A stretch of DNA of 64,000 nt from Eledone cirrhosa (taxonomy: Eukaryota). Positions 16,137-30,029 of the stretch are shown in pieces. The number at the start of each line of letters is the position of its first letter. Positions within the stretch are counted from its first letter, which is position 1. Both the position numbers and the translations under genes were made by a program. Below the pieces are notes generated by a model that was not told where the DNA came from, did not search any database, and saw nothing but the letters and a program-made list of their open reading frames with translations. The DNA lies in NCBI GenBank assembly GCA_964016885.1, contig CAXHJY010001685.1, positions 1 to 64,000 of the forward strand, given 5' to 3'.

Positions 16137-19100
16137 ATGTTGAGAACACTACAATACTAATCTATATAATGAGAACACTACAATACTAATCTATATGTTG
16201 AGAACACTACAATACTAATCTATATGTTGAGAACACTACAATACTAATCTATATGTTGAGAACACTACAATACTAATCTATATGTTGAGAACACTACAAT
16301 ACTAATCTATATGTTGAGAACACTACAATACTAATCTATATGTTGAGAACACTACGATACTAATCTATATGTTGAGAACACTACAATACTAATCTATATG
16401 TAGAGAACACTACAATACTAATCTATATGTTGAGAACACTACAATACTAATCTATATGTTGAGAACACTACAATAGTAATCCATATGTTGAGAACACTAC
16501 AATACTAATCTATATGTTGAGAACACTACAGTACTAATCTCCATGTTGAGAACACTACAATATTAATCTATATGTTGAGAACACTACAATATTAATCACT
16601 ATGTTGAGAACACTACAATACTAATCTATATGTTGAGAACAGTACAATACTAATCTATATGTTGAGAACAGTACACTACTAATCTATATGTTGAGAACAC
16701 TACAATACTAATCTATATGATGTGAAAACTACAATACTAATCTATATGTTGTGAAAACTACAATAATAATCTATATGTTGAGAACACTACAATACTAATC
16801 TATATGTTGTGAAATCTACAATACTAATCTATATGTTGAGAACACTACAATACTAATCTATATGTTGAGAACACTACAATACTAATCTATATGTTGAGAA
16901 CAGTACAATACTAATCTATATGTTGAGAACAGTACACTACTAATCTATATGTTGAGAACACTACAATACTAATCTATATGTTAAGAACACTACAATACTA
17001 ATCTCTATGTTAAGAACACTACAATACTAATCTATATGTTGAGAACACTACAATACTAATCTATATGTTAAGAACACTACAATACTAATCTATATGTTGA
17101 GAACACTACAATACTAATCTATATGTTGAGAACACTTCAATACTAATCTATATGTTGAGAACACTACAATACTAATCTATATGTTGAGAACACTACAATA
17201 CTAATCTATATGTTGCGAACACTACAATACTAATCTATATGTTGAGAACACTACAATACTAATCTATATGTTGAGAACACTACAATATTAATCTCTATGT
17301 TGAGAACACTACAATATTAATCTCTATGTTGAGAACTCTACAGTACTATTCTATATTTGAGAACACTACAGTACTAATCTCTATGTTGAGAACACTACAA
17401 TACTAATCTATATGTTGAGAACACTACAATAGTAATCTATATGTTGAGAACACTACAGTTCCAATCTATATGTTGAGAACACTACAGTACTAATCTCTAT
17501 GTTGAGAACACTACAATACTAATCTATATGTTGAGAACACTACAATACTAATCTATATGTTGAGAAGTTTACAGTACTAATCTATATGTTGAGAACACTA
17601 CAATATTAATCTAAATGTTGAGAACACTACACAATTATTCTCCATGTTCAGAACACTACAATACTAATCTATATGTTGAGAACACTACAGTACTAATCTC
17701 TATGTCGAGAACACTACAATACTAAGCTATATGTTGAGAACTCTACAGTACTAATCTCTATGTCGAGAACACTACAATACTAATCTATATGTTGAGAACA
17801 CTACAGTACTAATCTCCATGTTGAGAACACTACAATATTAATCTATATGTTGAGAACACTACAATATTAATCACTATGTTGAGAACACTACAATACTAAT
17901 CTATATGTTGAGAACAGTACAATACTAATCTATATGTTGAGAACAGTACACTACTAATCTATATGTTGAGAACACTACAATACTAATCTATATGATGTGA
18001 AAACTACAATACTAATCTATATGTTGTGAAAACTACAATAATAATCTATATGTTGAGAACACTACAATACTAATCTATATGTTGTGAAAACTACAATACT
18101 AATCTATATGTTGAGAACACTACAATACTAATCTATATGTTGAGAACACTACAATACTAATCTATATGTTGAGAACAGTACAATACTAATCTATATGTTG
18201 AGAACAGTACACTACTAATCTATATGTTGAGAACACTACAATACTAATCTATATGTTAAGAACACTACAATACTAATCTCTATGTTAAGAACACTACAAT
18301 ACTAATCTATATGTTGAGAACACTACAATACTAATCTATATGTTAAGAACACTACAATACTAATCTATATGTTGAGAACACTACAATACTAATCTATATG
18401 TTGAGAACACTTCAATACTAATCTATATGTTGAGAACACTACAATACTAATCTATATGTTGAGAACACTACAATACTAATCTATATGTTGAGAACACTAC
18501 AATACTAATCTATATGTTGAGAACACTACAATACTAATCTATATGTTGAGAACACTACAATATTAATCTCTATGTTGAGAACACTACAATATTAATCTCT
18601 ATGTTGAGAACTCTACAGTACTATTCTATATTTGAGAACACTACAGTACTAATCTCTATGTTGAGAACACTACAATACTAATCTATATGTTGAGAACACT
18701 ACAATAGTAATCTATATGTTGAGAACACTACAGTTCCAATCTATATGTTGAGAACACTACAGTACTAATCTCTATGTTGAGAACACTACAATACTAATCT
18801 ATATGTTGAGAAGTTTACAGTACTAATCTATATGTTGAGAACACTACAATATTAATCTAAATGTTGAGAACACTACACAATTATTCTCCATGTTCAGAAC
18901 ACTACAATACTAATCTATATGTTGAGAACACTACAATACTAATCTATATGTTGAGAACACTACAATACTAATCTATATAATGAGAACACTACAATACTAA
19001 TCTATATGTTGAGAACACTACAATACTAATCTATATGTTGAGAACACTACAATACTAATCTATATGTTGAGAACACTACAATACTAATCTATATGTTGAG

Positions 19101-21735
19101 AACACTACAATACTAATCTATATGTTGAGAACACTACAATAATAATCTATATGTTGAGAACACTACAATACTAATCTATATGTTGAGAACACTACAATAC
19201 TAATCTATATGTAGAGAACACTACAATACTAATCTATATGTTGAGAACACTACAATACTAATCTATATGTTGAGAACACTACAATAGTAATCCATATGTT
19301 GAGAACACTACAATACTATTCTATATGTTGAGAACACTACAGTACTAATCTCCATGTTGAGAACACTACAATATTAATCTATATGTTGAGAACACTACAA
19401 TATTAATCACTATGTTGAGAACACTACAATACTAATCTATATGTTGAGAACAGTACAATACTAATCTATATGTTGAGAACAGTACACTACTAATCTATAT
19501 GTTGAGAACACTACAATACTAATCTATATCATGTGAAAACTACAATACTAATCTATATGTTGTGAAAACTACAATAATAATCTATATGTTGAGAACACTA
19601 CAATACTAATCTATATGTTGTGAAATCTACAATACTAATCTATATGTTGAGAACACTACAATACTAATCTATATGTTGAGAACACTACAATACTAATCTA
19701 TATGTTGAGAACAGTACAATACTAATCTATATGTTGAGAACAGTACACTACTAATCTATATGTTGAGAACACTACAATACTAATCTATATGTTAAGAACA
19801 CTACAATACTAATCTCTATGTTAAGAACACTACAATACTAATCTATATGTTGAGAACACTACAATACTAATCTATATGTTAAGAACACTACAATACTAAT
19901 CTATATGTTGAGAACACTACAATACTAATCTATATGTTGAGAACACTTCAATACTAATCTATATGTTGAGAACACTACAATACTAATCTATATGTTGAGA
20001 ACACTACAATACTAATCTATATGTTGAGAACACTACAATACTAATCTATATGTTGAGAACACTACAATACTAATCTATATGTTGAGAACACTACAATATT
20101 AATCTCTATGTTGAGAACACTACAATATTAATCTCTATGTTGAGAACTCTACAGTACTATTCTATATTTGAGAACACTACAGTACTAATCTCTATGTTGA
20201 GAACACTACAATACTAATCTATATGTTGAGAACACTACAATAGTAATCTATATGTTGAGAACACTACAGTTCCAATCTATATGTTGAGAACACTACAGTA
20301 CTAATCTCTATGTTGAGAACACTACAATACTAATCTATATGTTGAGAACACTACAATACTAATCTATATGTTGAGAAGTTTACAGTACTAATCTATATGT
20401 TGAGAACACTACAATATTAATCTAAATGTTGAGAACACTACACAATTATTCTCCATGTTCAGAACACTACAATACTAATCTATATGTTGAGAACACTACA
20501 GTACTAATCTCTATGTCGAGAACACTACAATACTAAGCTATATGTTGAGAACTCTACAGTACTAATCTCTATGTCGAGAACACTACAATACTAATCTATA
20601 TGTTGAGAACACTACAGTACTAATCTCCATGTTGAGAACACTACAATATTAATCTATATGTTGAGAACACTACAATATTAATCACTATGTTGAGAACACT
20701 ACAATACTAATCTATATGTTGAGAACAGTACAATACTAATCTATATGTTGAGAACAGTACACTACTAATCTATATGTTGAGAACACTACAATACTAATCT
20801 ATATGATGTGAAAACTACAATACTAATCTATATGTTGTGAAAACTACAATAATAATCTATATGTTGAGAACACTACAATACTAATCTATATGTTGTGAAA
20901 ACTACAATACTAATCTATATGTTGAGAACACTACAATACTAATCTATATGTTGAGAACACTACAATACTAATCTATATGTTGAGAACAGTACAATACTAA
21001 TCTATATGTTGAGAACAGTACACTACTAATCTATATGTTGAGAACACTACAATACTAATCTATATGTTAAGAACACTACAATACTAATCTCTATGTTAAG
21101 AACACTACAATACTAATCTATATGTTGAGAACACTACAATACTAATCTATATGTTAAGAACACTACAATACTAATCTATATGTTGAGAACACTACAATAC
21201 TAATCTATATGTTGAGAACACTTCAATACTAATCTATATGTTGAGAACACTACAATACTAATCTATATGTTGAGAACACTACAATACTAATCTATATGTT
21301 GAGAACACTACAATACTAATCTATATGTTGAGAACACTACAATACTAATCTATATGTTGAGAACACTACAATATTAATCTCTATGTTGAGAACACTACAA
21401 TATTAATCTCTATGTTGAGAACTCTACAGTACTATTCTATATTTGAGAACACTACAGTACTAATCTCTATGTTGAGAACACTACAATACTAATCTATATG
21501 TTGAGAACACTACAATAGTAATCTATATGTTGAGAACACTACAGTTCCAATCTATATGTTGAGAACACTACAGTACTAATCTCTATGTTGAGAACACTAC
21601 AATACTAATCTATATGTTGAGAACACTACAATACTAATCTATATGTTGAGAAGTTTACAGTACTAATCTATATGTTGAGAACACTACAATATTAATCTAA
21701 ATGTTGAGAACACTACACAATTATTCTCCATGTTC

Positions 21736-24700
21736 AGAACACTACAATACTAATCTATATGTTGAGAACACTACAATACTAATCTATATGTTGAGAACAC
21801 TACACTATTAATCTCTATGTTGAGAACAATACAATATTAATCTCTATGTTGAGAACTCTACAGTACTAATCTATATTTGAGAACACTACAGTACTAATCT
21901 CTATGTTGAGAACACTACAATACTAATCTATATGTTGAGAACACTACAATACTAATCTATATGTTGAGAACACTACAATACTAATCTATATGTAGAGAAC
22001 ACTACACTACTAATCTATATGTTGAGAACACTACAATACAAATCTATATGTTGAGAACACTACAATACTAATCTATATGTTGAGAACACTACAATACTAA
22101 TCTATATGTTAAGAACACTACAATACTAATCTATATAATGAGAACACTACAATACTAATCTATATGTTGAGAACACTACAATATTAATCTATATGTTGAG
22201 AACACTACAATACTAATCTATATGTTGAGAACACTACAATATTAATCTCTATGTTGAGAACACTTCAATACTAATCTATATGTTGAGAACACTACAATAC
22301 TAATCCATATGTTCAGAACACTACAATACTAATCTATATGTTGAGGACACTACAATATTAATCTCCATGTTGAGAACACTACAATACTAATCTATATGTT
22401 GAGAACACTACAATACTAATATATATGTTGAGAACACTACAGTACTAATCTATATGTTGCGAACACTACAATACTAATCTATATGTTGAGAACACTACAA
22501 TACTAATCGATATGTTGAGAACACTACAGTACTAATCTATATGTTGCGAACACTACAATACTAATCTATATGTTGAGAACACTACAATACTAATCTATAT
22601 GTTGAGAACACTACAGTACTAATCTATATGTTGCGAACACTACAATACTAATCTATATGTTGAGAACACTACAATACTAATCGATATGTTGAGAACACTA
22701 AAGTACTAATCTATATGTTGAGAACACTACAATACTAATCTAAATGTTGAGAACACTACAGTACTAATCTCTATGTCGAGAACACTACAATACTAAGCTA
22801 TATGTTGAGAACTCTACAGTACTAATCTCTATGTCGAGAACACTACAATACTAATCTATATGTTGAGAACACTACAGTACTAATCTCCATGTTGAGAACA
22901 CTACAATATTAATCTATATGTTGAGAACACTACAATATTAATCACTATGTTGAGAACACTACAATACTAATCTATATGTTGAGAACAGTACAATACTAAT
23001 CTATATGTTGAGAACAGTACACTACTAATCTATATGTTGAGAACACTACAATACTAATCTATATGATGTGAAAACTACAATACTAATCTATATGTTGTGA
23101 AAACTACAATAATAATCTATATGTTGAGAACACTACAATACTAATCTATATGTTGTGAAAACTACAATACTAATCTATATGTTGAGAACACTACAATACT
23201 AATCTATATGTTGAGAACACTACAATACTAATCTATATGTTGAGAACAGTACAATACTAATCTATATGTTGAGAACAGTACACTACTAATCTATATGTTG
23301 AGAACACTACAATACTAATCTATATGTTAAGAACACTACAATACTAATCTCTATGTTAAGAACACTACAATACTAATCTATATGTTGAGAACACTACAAT
23401 ACTAATCTATATGTTAAGAACACTACAATACTAATCTATATGTTGAGAACACTACAATACTAATCTATATGTTGAGAACACTTCAATACTAATCTATATG
23501 TTGAGAACACTACAATACTAATCTATATGTTGAGAACACTACAATACTAATCTATATGTTGAGAACACTACAATACTAATCTATATGTTGAGAACACTAC
23601 AATACTAATCTATATGTTGAGAACACTACAATATTAATCTCTATGTTGAGAACACTACAATATTAATCTCTATGTTGAGAACTCTACAGTACTATTCTAT
23701 ATTTGAGAACACTACAGTACTAATCTCTATGTTGAGAACACTACAATACTAATCTATATGTTGAGAACACTACAATAGTAATCTATATGTTGAGAACACT
23801 ACAGTTCCAATCTATATGTTGAGAACACTACAGTACTAATCTCTATGTTGAGAACACTACAATACTAATCTATATGTTGAGAAGTTTACAGTACTAATCT
23901 ATATGTTGAGAACACTACAATATTAATCTAAATGTTGAGAACACTACACAATTATTCTCCATGTTCAGAACACTACAATACTAATCTATATGTTGAGAAC
24001 ACTACAATACTAATCTATATGTTGAGAACACTACAATACTAATCTATATAATGAGAACACTACAATACTAATCTATATGTTGAGAACACTACAATACTAA
24101 TCTATATGTTGAGAACACTACAATACTAATCTATATGTTGAGAACACTACAATACTAATCTATATGTTGAGAACACTACAATACTAATCTATATGTTGAG
24201 AACACTACAATACTAATCTATATGTTGAGAACACTACGATACTAATCTATATGTTGAGAACACTACAATACTAATCTATATGTAGAGAACACTACAATAC
24301 TAATCTATATGTTGAGAACACTACAATACTAATCTATATGTTGAGAACACTACAATAGTAATCCATATGTTGAGAACACTACAATACTAATCTATATGTT
24401 GAGAACACTACAGTACTAATCTCCATGTTGAGAACACTACAATATTAATCTATATGTTGAGAACACTACAATATTAATCACTATGTTGAGAACACTACAA
24501 TACTAATCTATATGTTGAGAACAGTACAATACTAATCTATATGTTGAGAACAGTACACTACTAATCTATATGTTGAGAACACTACAATACTAATCTATAT
24601 GATGTGAAAACTACAATACTAATCTATATGTTGTGAAAACTACAATAATAATCTATATGTTGAGAACACTACAATACTAATCTATATGTTGTGAAATCTA

Positions 24701-27700
24701 CAATACTAATCTATATGTTGAGAACACTACAATACTAATCTATATGTTGAGAACACTACAATACTAATCTATATGTTGAGAACAGTACAATACTAATCTA
24801 TATGTTGAGAACAGTACACTACTAATCTATATGTTGAGAACACTACAATACTAATCTATATGTTAAGAACACTACAATACTAATCTCTATGTTAAGAACA
24901 CTACAATACTAATCTATATGTTGAGAACACTACAATACTAATCTATATGTTAAGAACACTACAATACTAATCTATATGTTGAGAACACTACAATACTAAT
25001 CTATATGTTGAGAACACTTCAATACTAATCTATATGTTGAGAACACTACAATACTAATCTATATGTTGAGAACACTACAATACTAATCTATATGTTGCGA
25101 ACACTACAATACTAATCTATATGTTGAGAACACTACAATACTAATCTATATGTTGAGAACACTACAATATTAATCTCTATGTTGAGAACACTACAATATT
25201 AATCTCTATGTTGAGAACTCTACAGTACTATTCTATATTTGAGAACACTACAGTACTAATCTCTATGTTGAGAACACTACAATACTAATCTATATGTTGA
25301 GAACACTACAATAGTAATCTATATGTTGAGAACACTACAGTTCCAATCTATATGTTGAGAACACTACAGTACTAATCTCTATGTTGAGAACACTACAATA
25401 CTAATCTATATGTTGAGAACACTACAATACTAATCTATATGTTGAGAAGTTTACAGTACTAATCTATATGTTGAGAACACTACAATATTAATCTAAATGT
25501 TGAGAACACTACACAATTATTCTCCATGTTCAGAACACTACAATACTAATCTATATGTTGAGAACACTACAGTACTAATCTCTATGTCGAGAACACTACA
25601 ATACTAAGCTATATGTTGAGAACTCTACAGTACTAATCTCTATGTCGAGAACACTACAATACTAATCTATATGTTGAGAACACTACAGTACTAATCTCCA
25701 TGTTGAGAACACTACAATATTAATCTATATGTTGAGAACACTACAATATTAATCACTATGTTGAGAACACTACAATACTAATCTATATGTTGAGAACAGT
25801 ACAATACTAATCTATATGTTGAGAACAGTACACTACTAATCTATATGTTGAGAACACTACAATACTAATCTATATGATGTGAAAACTACAATACTAATCT
25901 ATATGTTGTGAAAACTACAATAATAATCTATATGTTGAGAACACTACAATACTAATCTATATGTTGTGAAAACTACAATACTAATCTATATGTTGAGAAC
26001 ACTACAATACTAATCTATATGTTGAGAACACTACAATACTAATCTATATGTTGAGAACAGTACAATACTAATCTATATGTTGAGAACAGTACACTACTAA
26101 TCTATATGTTGAGAACACTACAATACTAATCTATATGTTAAGAACACTACAATACTAATCTCTATGTTAAGAACACTACAATACTAATCTATATGTTGAG
26201 AACACTACAATACTAATCTATATGTTAAGAACACTACAATACTAATCTATATGTTGAGAACACTACAATACTAATCTATATGTTGAGAACACTTCAATAC
26301 TAATCTATATGTTGAGAACACTACAATACTAATCTATATGTTGAGAACACTACAATACTAATCTATATGTTGAGAACACTACAATACTAATCTATATGTT
26401 GAGAACACTACAATACTAATCTATATGTTGAGAACACTACAATATTAATCTCTATGTTGAGAACACTACAATATTAATCTCTATGTTGAGAACTCTACAG
26501 TACTATTCTATATTTGAGAACACTACAGTACTAATCTCTATGTTGAGAACACTACAATACTAATCTATATGTTGAGAACACTACAATAGTAATCTATATG
26601 TTGAGAACACTACAGTTCCAATCTATATGTTGAGAACACTACAGTACTAATCTCTATGTTGAGAACACTACAATACTAATCTATATGTTGAGAAGTTTAC
26701 AGTACTAATCTATATGTTGAGAACACTACAATATTAATCTAAATGTTGAGAACACTACACAATTATTCTCCATGTTCAGAACACTACAATACTAATCTAT
26801 ATGTTGAGAACACTACAATACTAATCTATATGTTGAGAACACTACAATACTAATCTATATAATGAGAACACTACAATACTAATCTATATGTTGAGAACAC
26901 TACAATACTAATCTATATGTTGAGAACACTACAATACTAATCTATATGTTGAGAACACTACAATACTAATCTATATGTTGAGAACACTACAATACTAATC
27001 TATATGTTGAGAACACTACAATACTAATCTATATGTTGAGAACACTACAATACTAATCTATATGTTGAGAACACTACAATACTAATCTATATGTAGAGAA
27101 CACTACAATACTAATCTATATGTTGAGAACACTACAATACTAATCTATATGTTGAGAACACTACAATAGTAATCCATATGTTGAGAACACTACAATACTA
27201 TTCTATATGTTGAGAACACTACAGTACTAATCTCCATGTTGAGAACACTACAATATTAATCTATATGTTGAGAACACTACAATATTAATCACTATGTTGA
27301 GAACACTACAATACTAATCTATATGTTGAGAACAGTACAATACTAATCTATATGTTGAGAACAGTACACTACTAATCTATATGTTGAGAACACTACAATA
27401 CTAATCTATATCATGTGAAAACTACAATACTAATCTATATGTTGTGAAAACTACAATAATAATCTATATGTTGAGAACACTACAATACTAATCTATATGT
27501 TGTGAAATCTACAATACTAATCTATATGTTGAGAACACTACAATACTAATCTATATGTTGAGAACACTACAATACTAATCTATATGTTGAGAACAGTACA
27601 ATACTAATCTATATGTTGAGAACAGTACACTACTAATCTATATGTTGAGAACACTACAATACTAATCTATATGTTAAGAACACTACAATACTAATCTCTA

Positions 27701-29671
27701 TGTTAAGAACACTACAATACTAATCTATATGTTGAGAACACTACAATACTAATCTATATGTTAAGAACACTACAATACTAATCTATATGTTGAGAACACT
27801 ACAATACTAATCTATATGTTGAGAACACTTCAATACTAATCTATATGTTGAGAACACTACAATACTAATCTATATGTTGAGAACACTACAATACTAATCT
27901 ATATGTTGAGAACACTACAATACTAATCTATATGTTGAGAACACTACAATACTAATCTATATGTTGAGAACACTACAATATTAATCTCTATGTTGAGAAC
28001 ACTACAATATTAATCTCTATGTTGAGAACTCTACAGTACTATTCTATATTTGAGAACACTACAGTACTAATCTCTATGTTGAGAACACTACAATACTAAT
28101 CTATATGTTGAGAACACTACAATAGTAATCTATATGTTGAGAACACTACAGTTCCAATCTATATGTTGAGAACACTACAGTACTAATCTCTATGTTGAGA
28201 ACACTACAATACTAATCTATATGTTGAGAACACTACAATACTAATCTATATGTTGAGAAGTTTACAGTACTAATCTATATGTTGAGAACACTACAATATT
28301 AATCTAAATGTTGAGAACACTACACAATTATTCTCCATGTTCAGAACACTACAATACTAATCTATATGTTGAGAACACTACAGTACTAATCTCTATGTCG
28401 AGAACACTACAATACTAAGCTATATGTTGAGAACTCTACAGTACTAATCTCTATGTCGAGAACACTACAATACTAATCTATATGTTGAGAACACTACAGT
28501 ACTAATCTCCATGTTGAGAACACTACAATATTAATCTATATGTTGAGAACACTACAATATTAATCACTATGTTGAGAACACTACAATACTAATCTATATG
28601 TTGAGAACAGTACAATACTAATCTATATGTTGAGAACAGTACACTACTAATCTATATGTTGAGAACACTACAATACTAATCTATATGATGTGAAAACTAC
28701 AATACTAATCTATATGTTGTGAAAACTACAATAATAATCTATATGTTGAGAACACTACAATACTAATCTATATGTTGTGAAAACTACAATACTAATCTAT
28801 ATGTTGAGAACACTACAATACTAATCTATATGTTGAGAACACTACAATACTAATCTATATGTTGAGAACAGTACAATACTAATCTATATGTTGAGAACAG
28901 TACACTACTAATCTATATGTTGAGAACACTACAATACTAATCTATATGTTAAGAACACTACAATACTAATCTCTATGTTAAGAACACTACAATACTAATC
29001 TATATGTTGAGAACACTACAATACTAATCTATATGTTAAGAACACTACAATACTAATCTATATGTTGAGAACACTACAATACTAATCTATATGTTGAGAA
29101 CACTTCAATACTAATCTATATGTTGAGAACACTACAATACTAATCTATATGTTGAGAACACTACAATACTAATCTATATGTTGAGAACACTACAATACTA
29201 ATCTATATGTTGAGAACACTACAATACTAATCTATATGTTGAGAACACTACAATATTAATCTCTATGTTGAGAACACTACAATATTAATCTCTATGTTGA
29301 GAACTCTACAGTACTATTCTATATTTGAGAACACTACAGTACTAATCTCTATGTTGAGAACACTACAATACTAATCTATATGTTGAGAACACTACAATAG
29401 TAATCTATATGTTGAGAACACTACAGTTCCAATCTATATGTTGAGAACACTACAGTACTAATCTCTATGTTGAGAACACTACAATACTAATCTATATGTT
29501 GAGAACACTACAATACTAATCTATATGTTGAGAAGTTTACAGTACTAATCTATATGTTGAGAACACTACAATATTAATCTAAATGTTGAGAACACTACAC
29601 AATTATTCTCCATGTTCAGAACACTACAATACTAATCTATATGTTGAGAACACTACAATACTAATCTATAT
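21736..29671 (+). repeat. ~7.9-kb block, copy 2
   Basis: Offset 13,620 = 470 x 29 - 10, which matches the ten 1-bp-deletion monomers lying between the copy starts. Confidence 0.9.
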
Positions 29672-30029
29672 AATGAGAACACTACAATACTAATCTATAT
29701 GTTGAGAACACTACAATACTAATCTATATGTTGAGAACACTACAATACTAATCTATATGTTGAGAACACTACAATACTAATCTATATGTTGAGAACACTA
29801 CAATACTAATCTATATGTTGAGAACACTACAATACTAATCTATATGTTGAGAACACTACAATACTAATCTATATGTTGAGAACACTACAATACTAATCTA
29901 TATGTAGAGAACACTACAATACTAATCTATATGTTGAGAACACTACAATACTAATCTATATGTTGAGAACACTACAATAGTAATCCATATGTTGAGAACA
30001 CTACAATACTAATCTATATGTTGAGAACA

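Noticed and set aside
15963-16160. 65-aa ORF as a real gene
   Set aside because: It is made entirely of satellite monomers and is explained by an 87-bp duplication; kept only as a low-interest observation.
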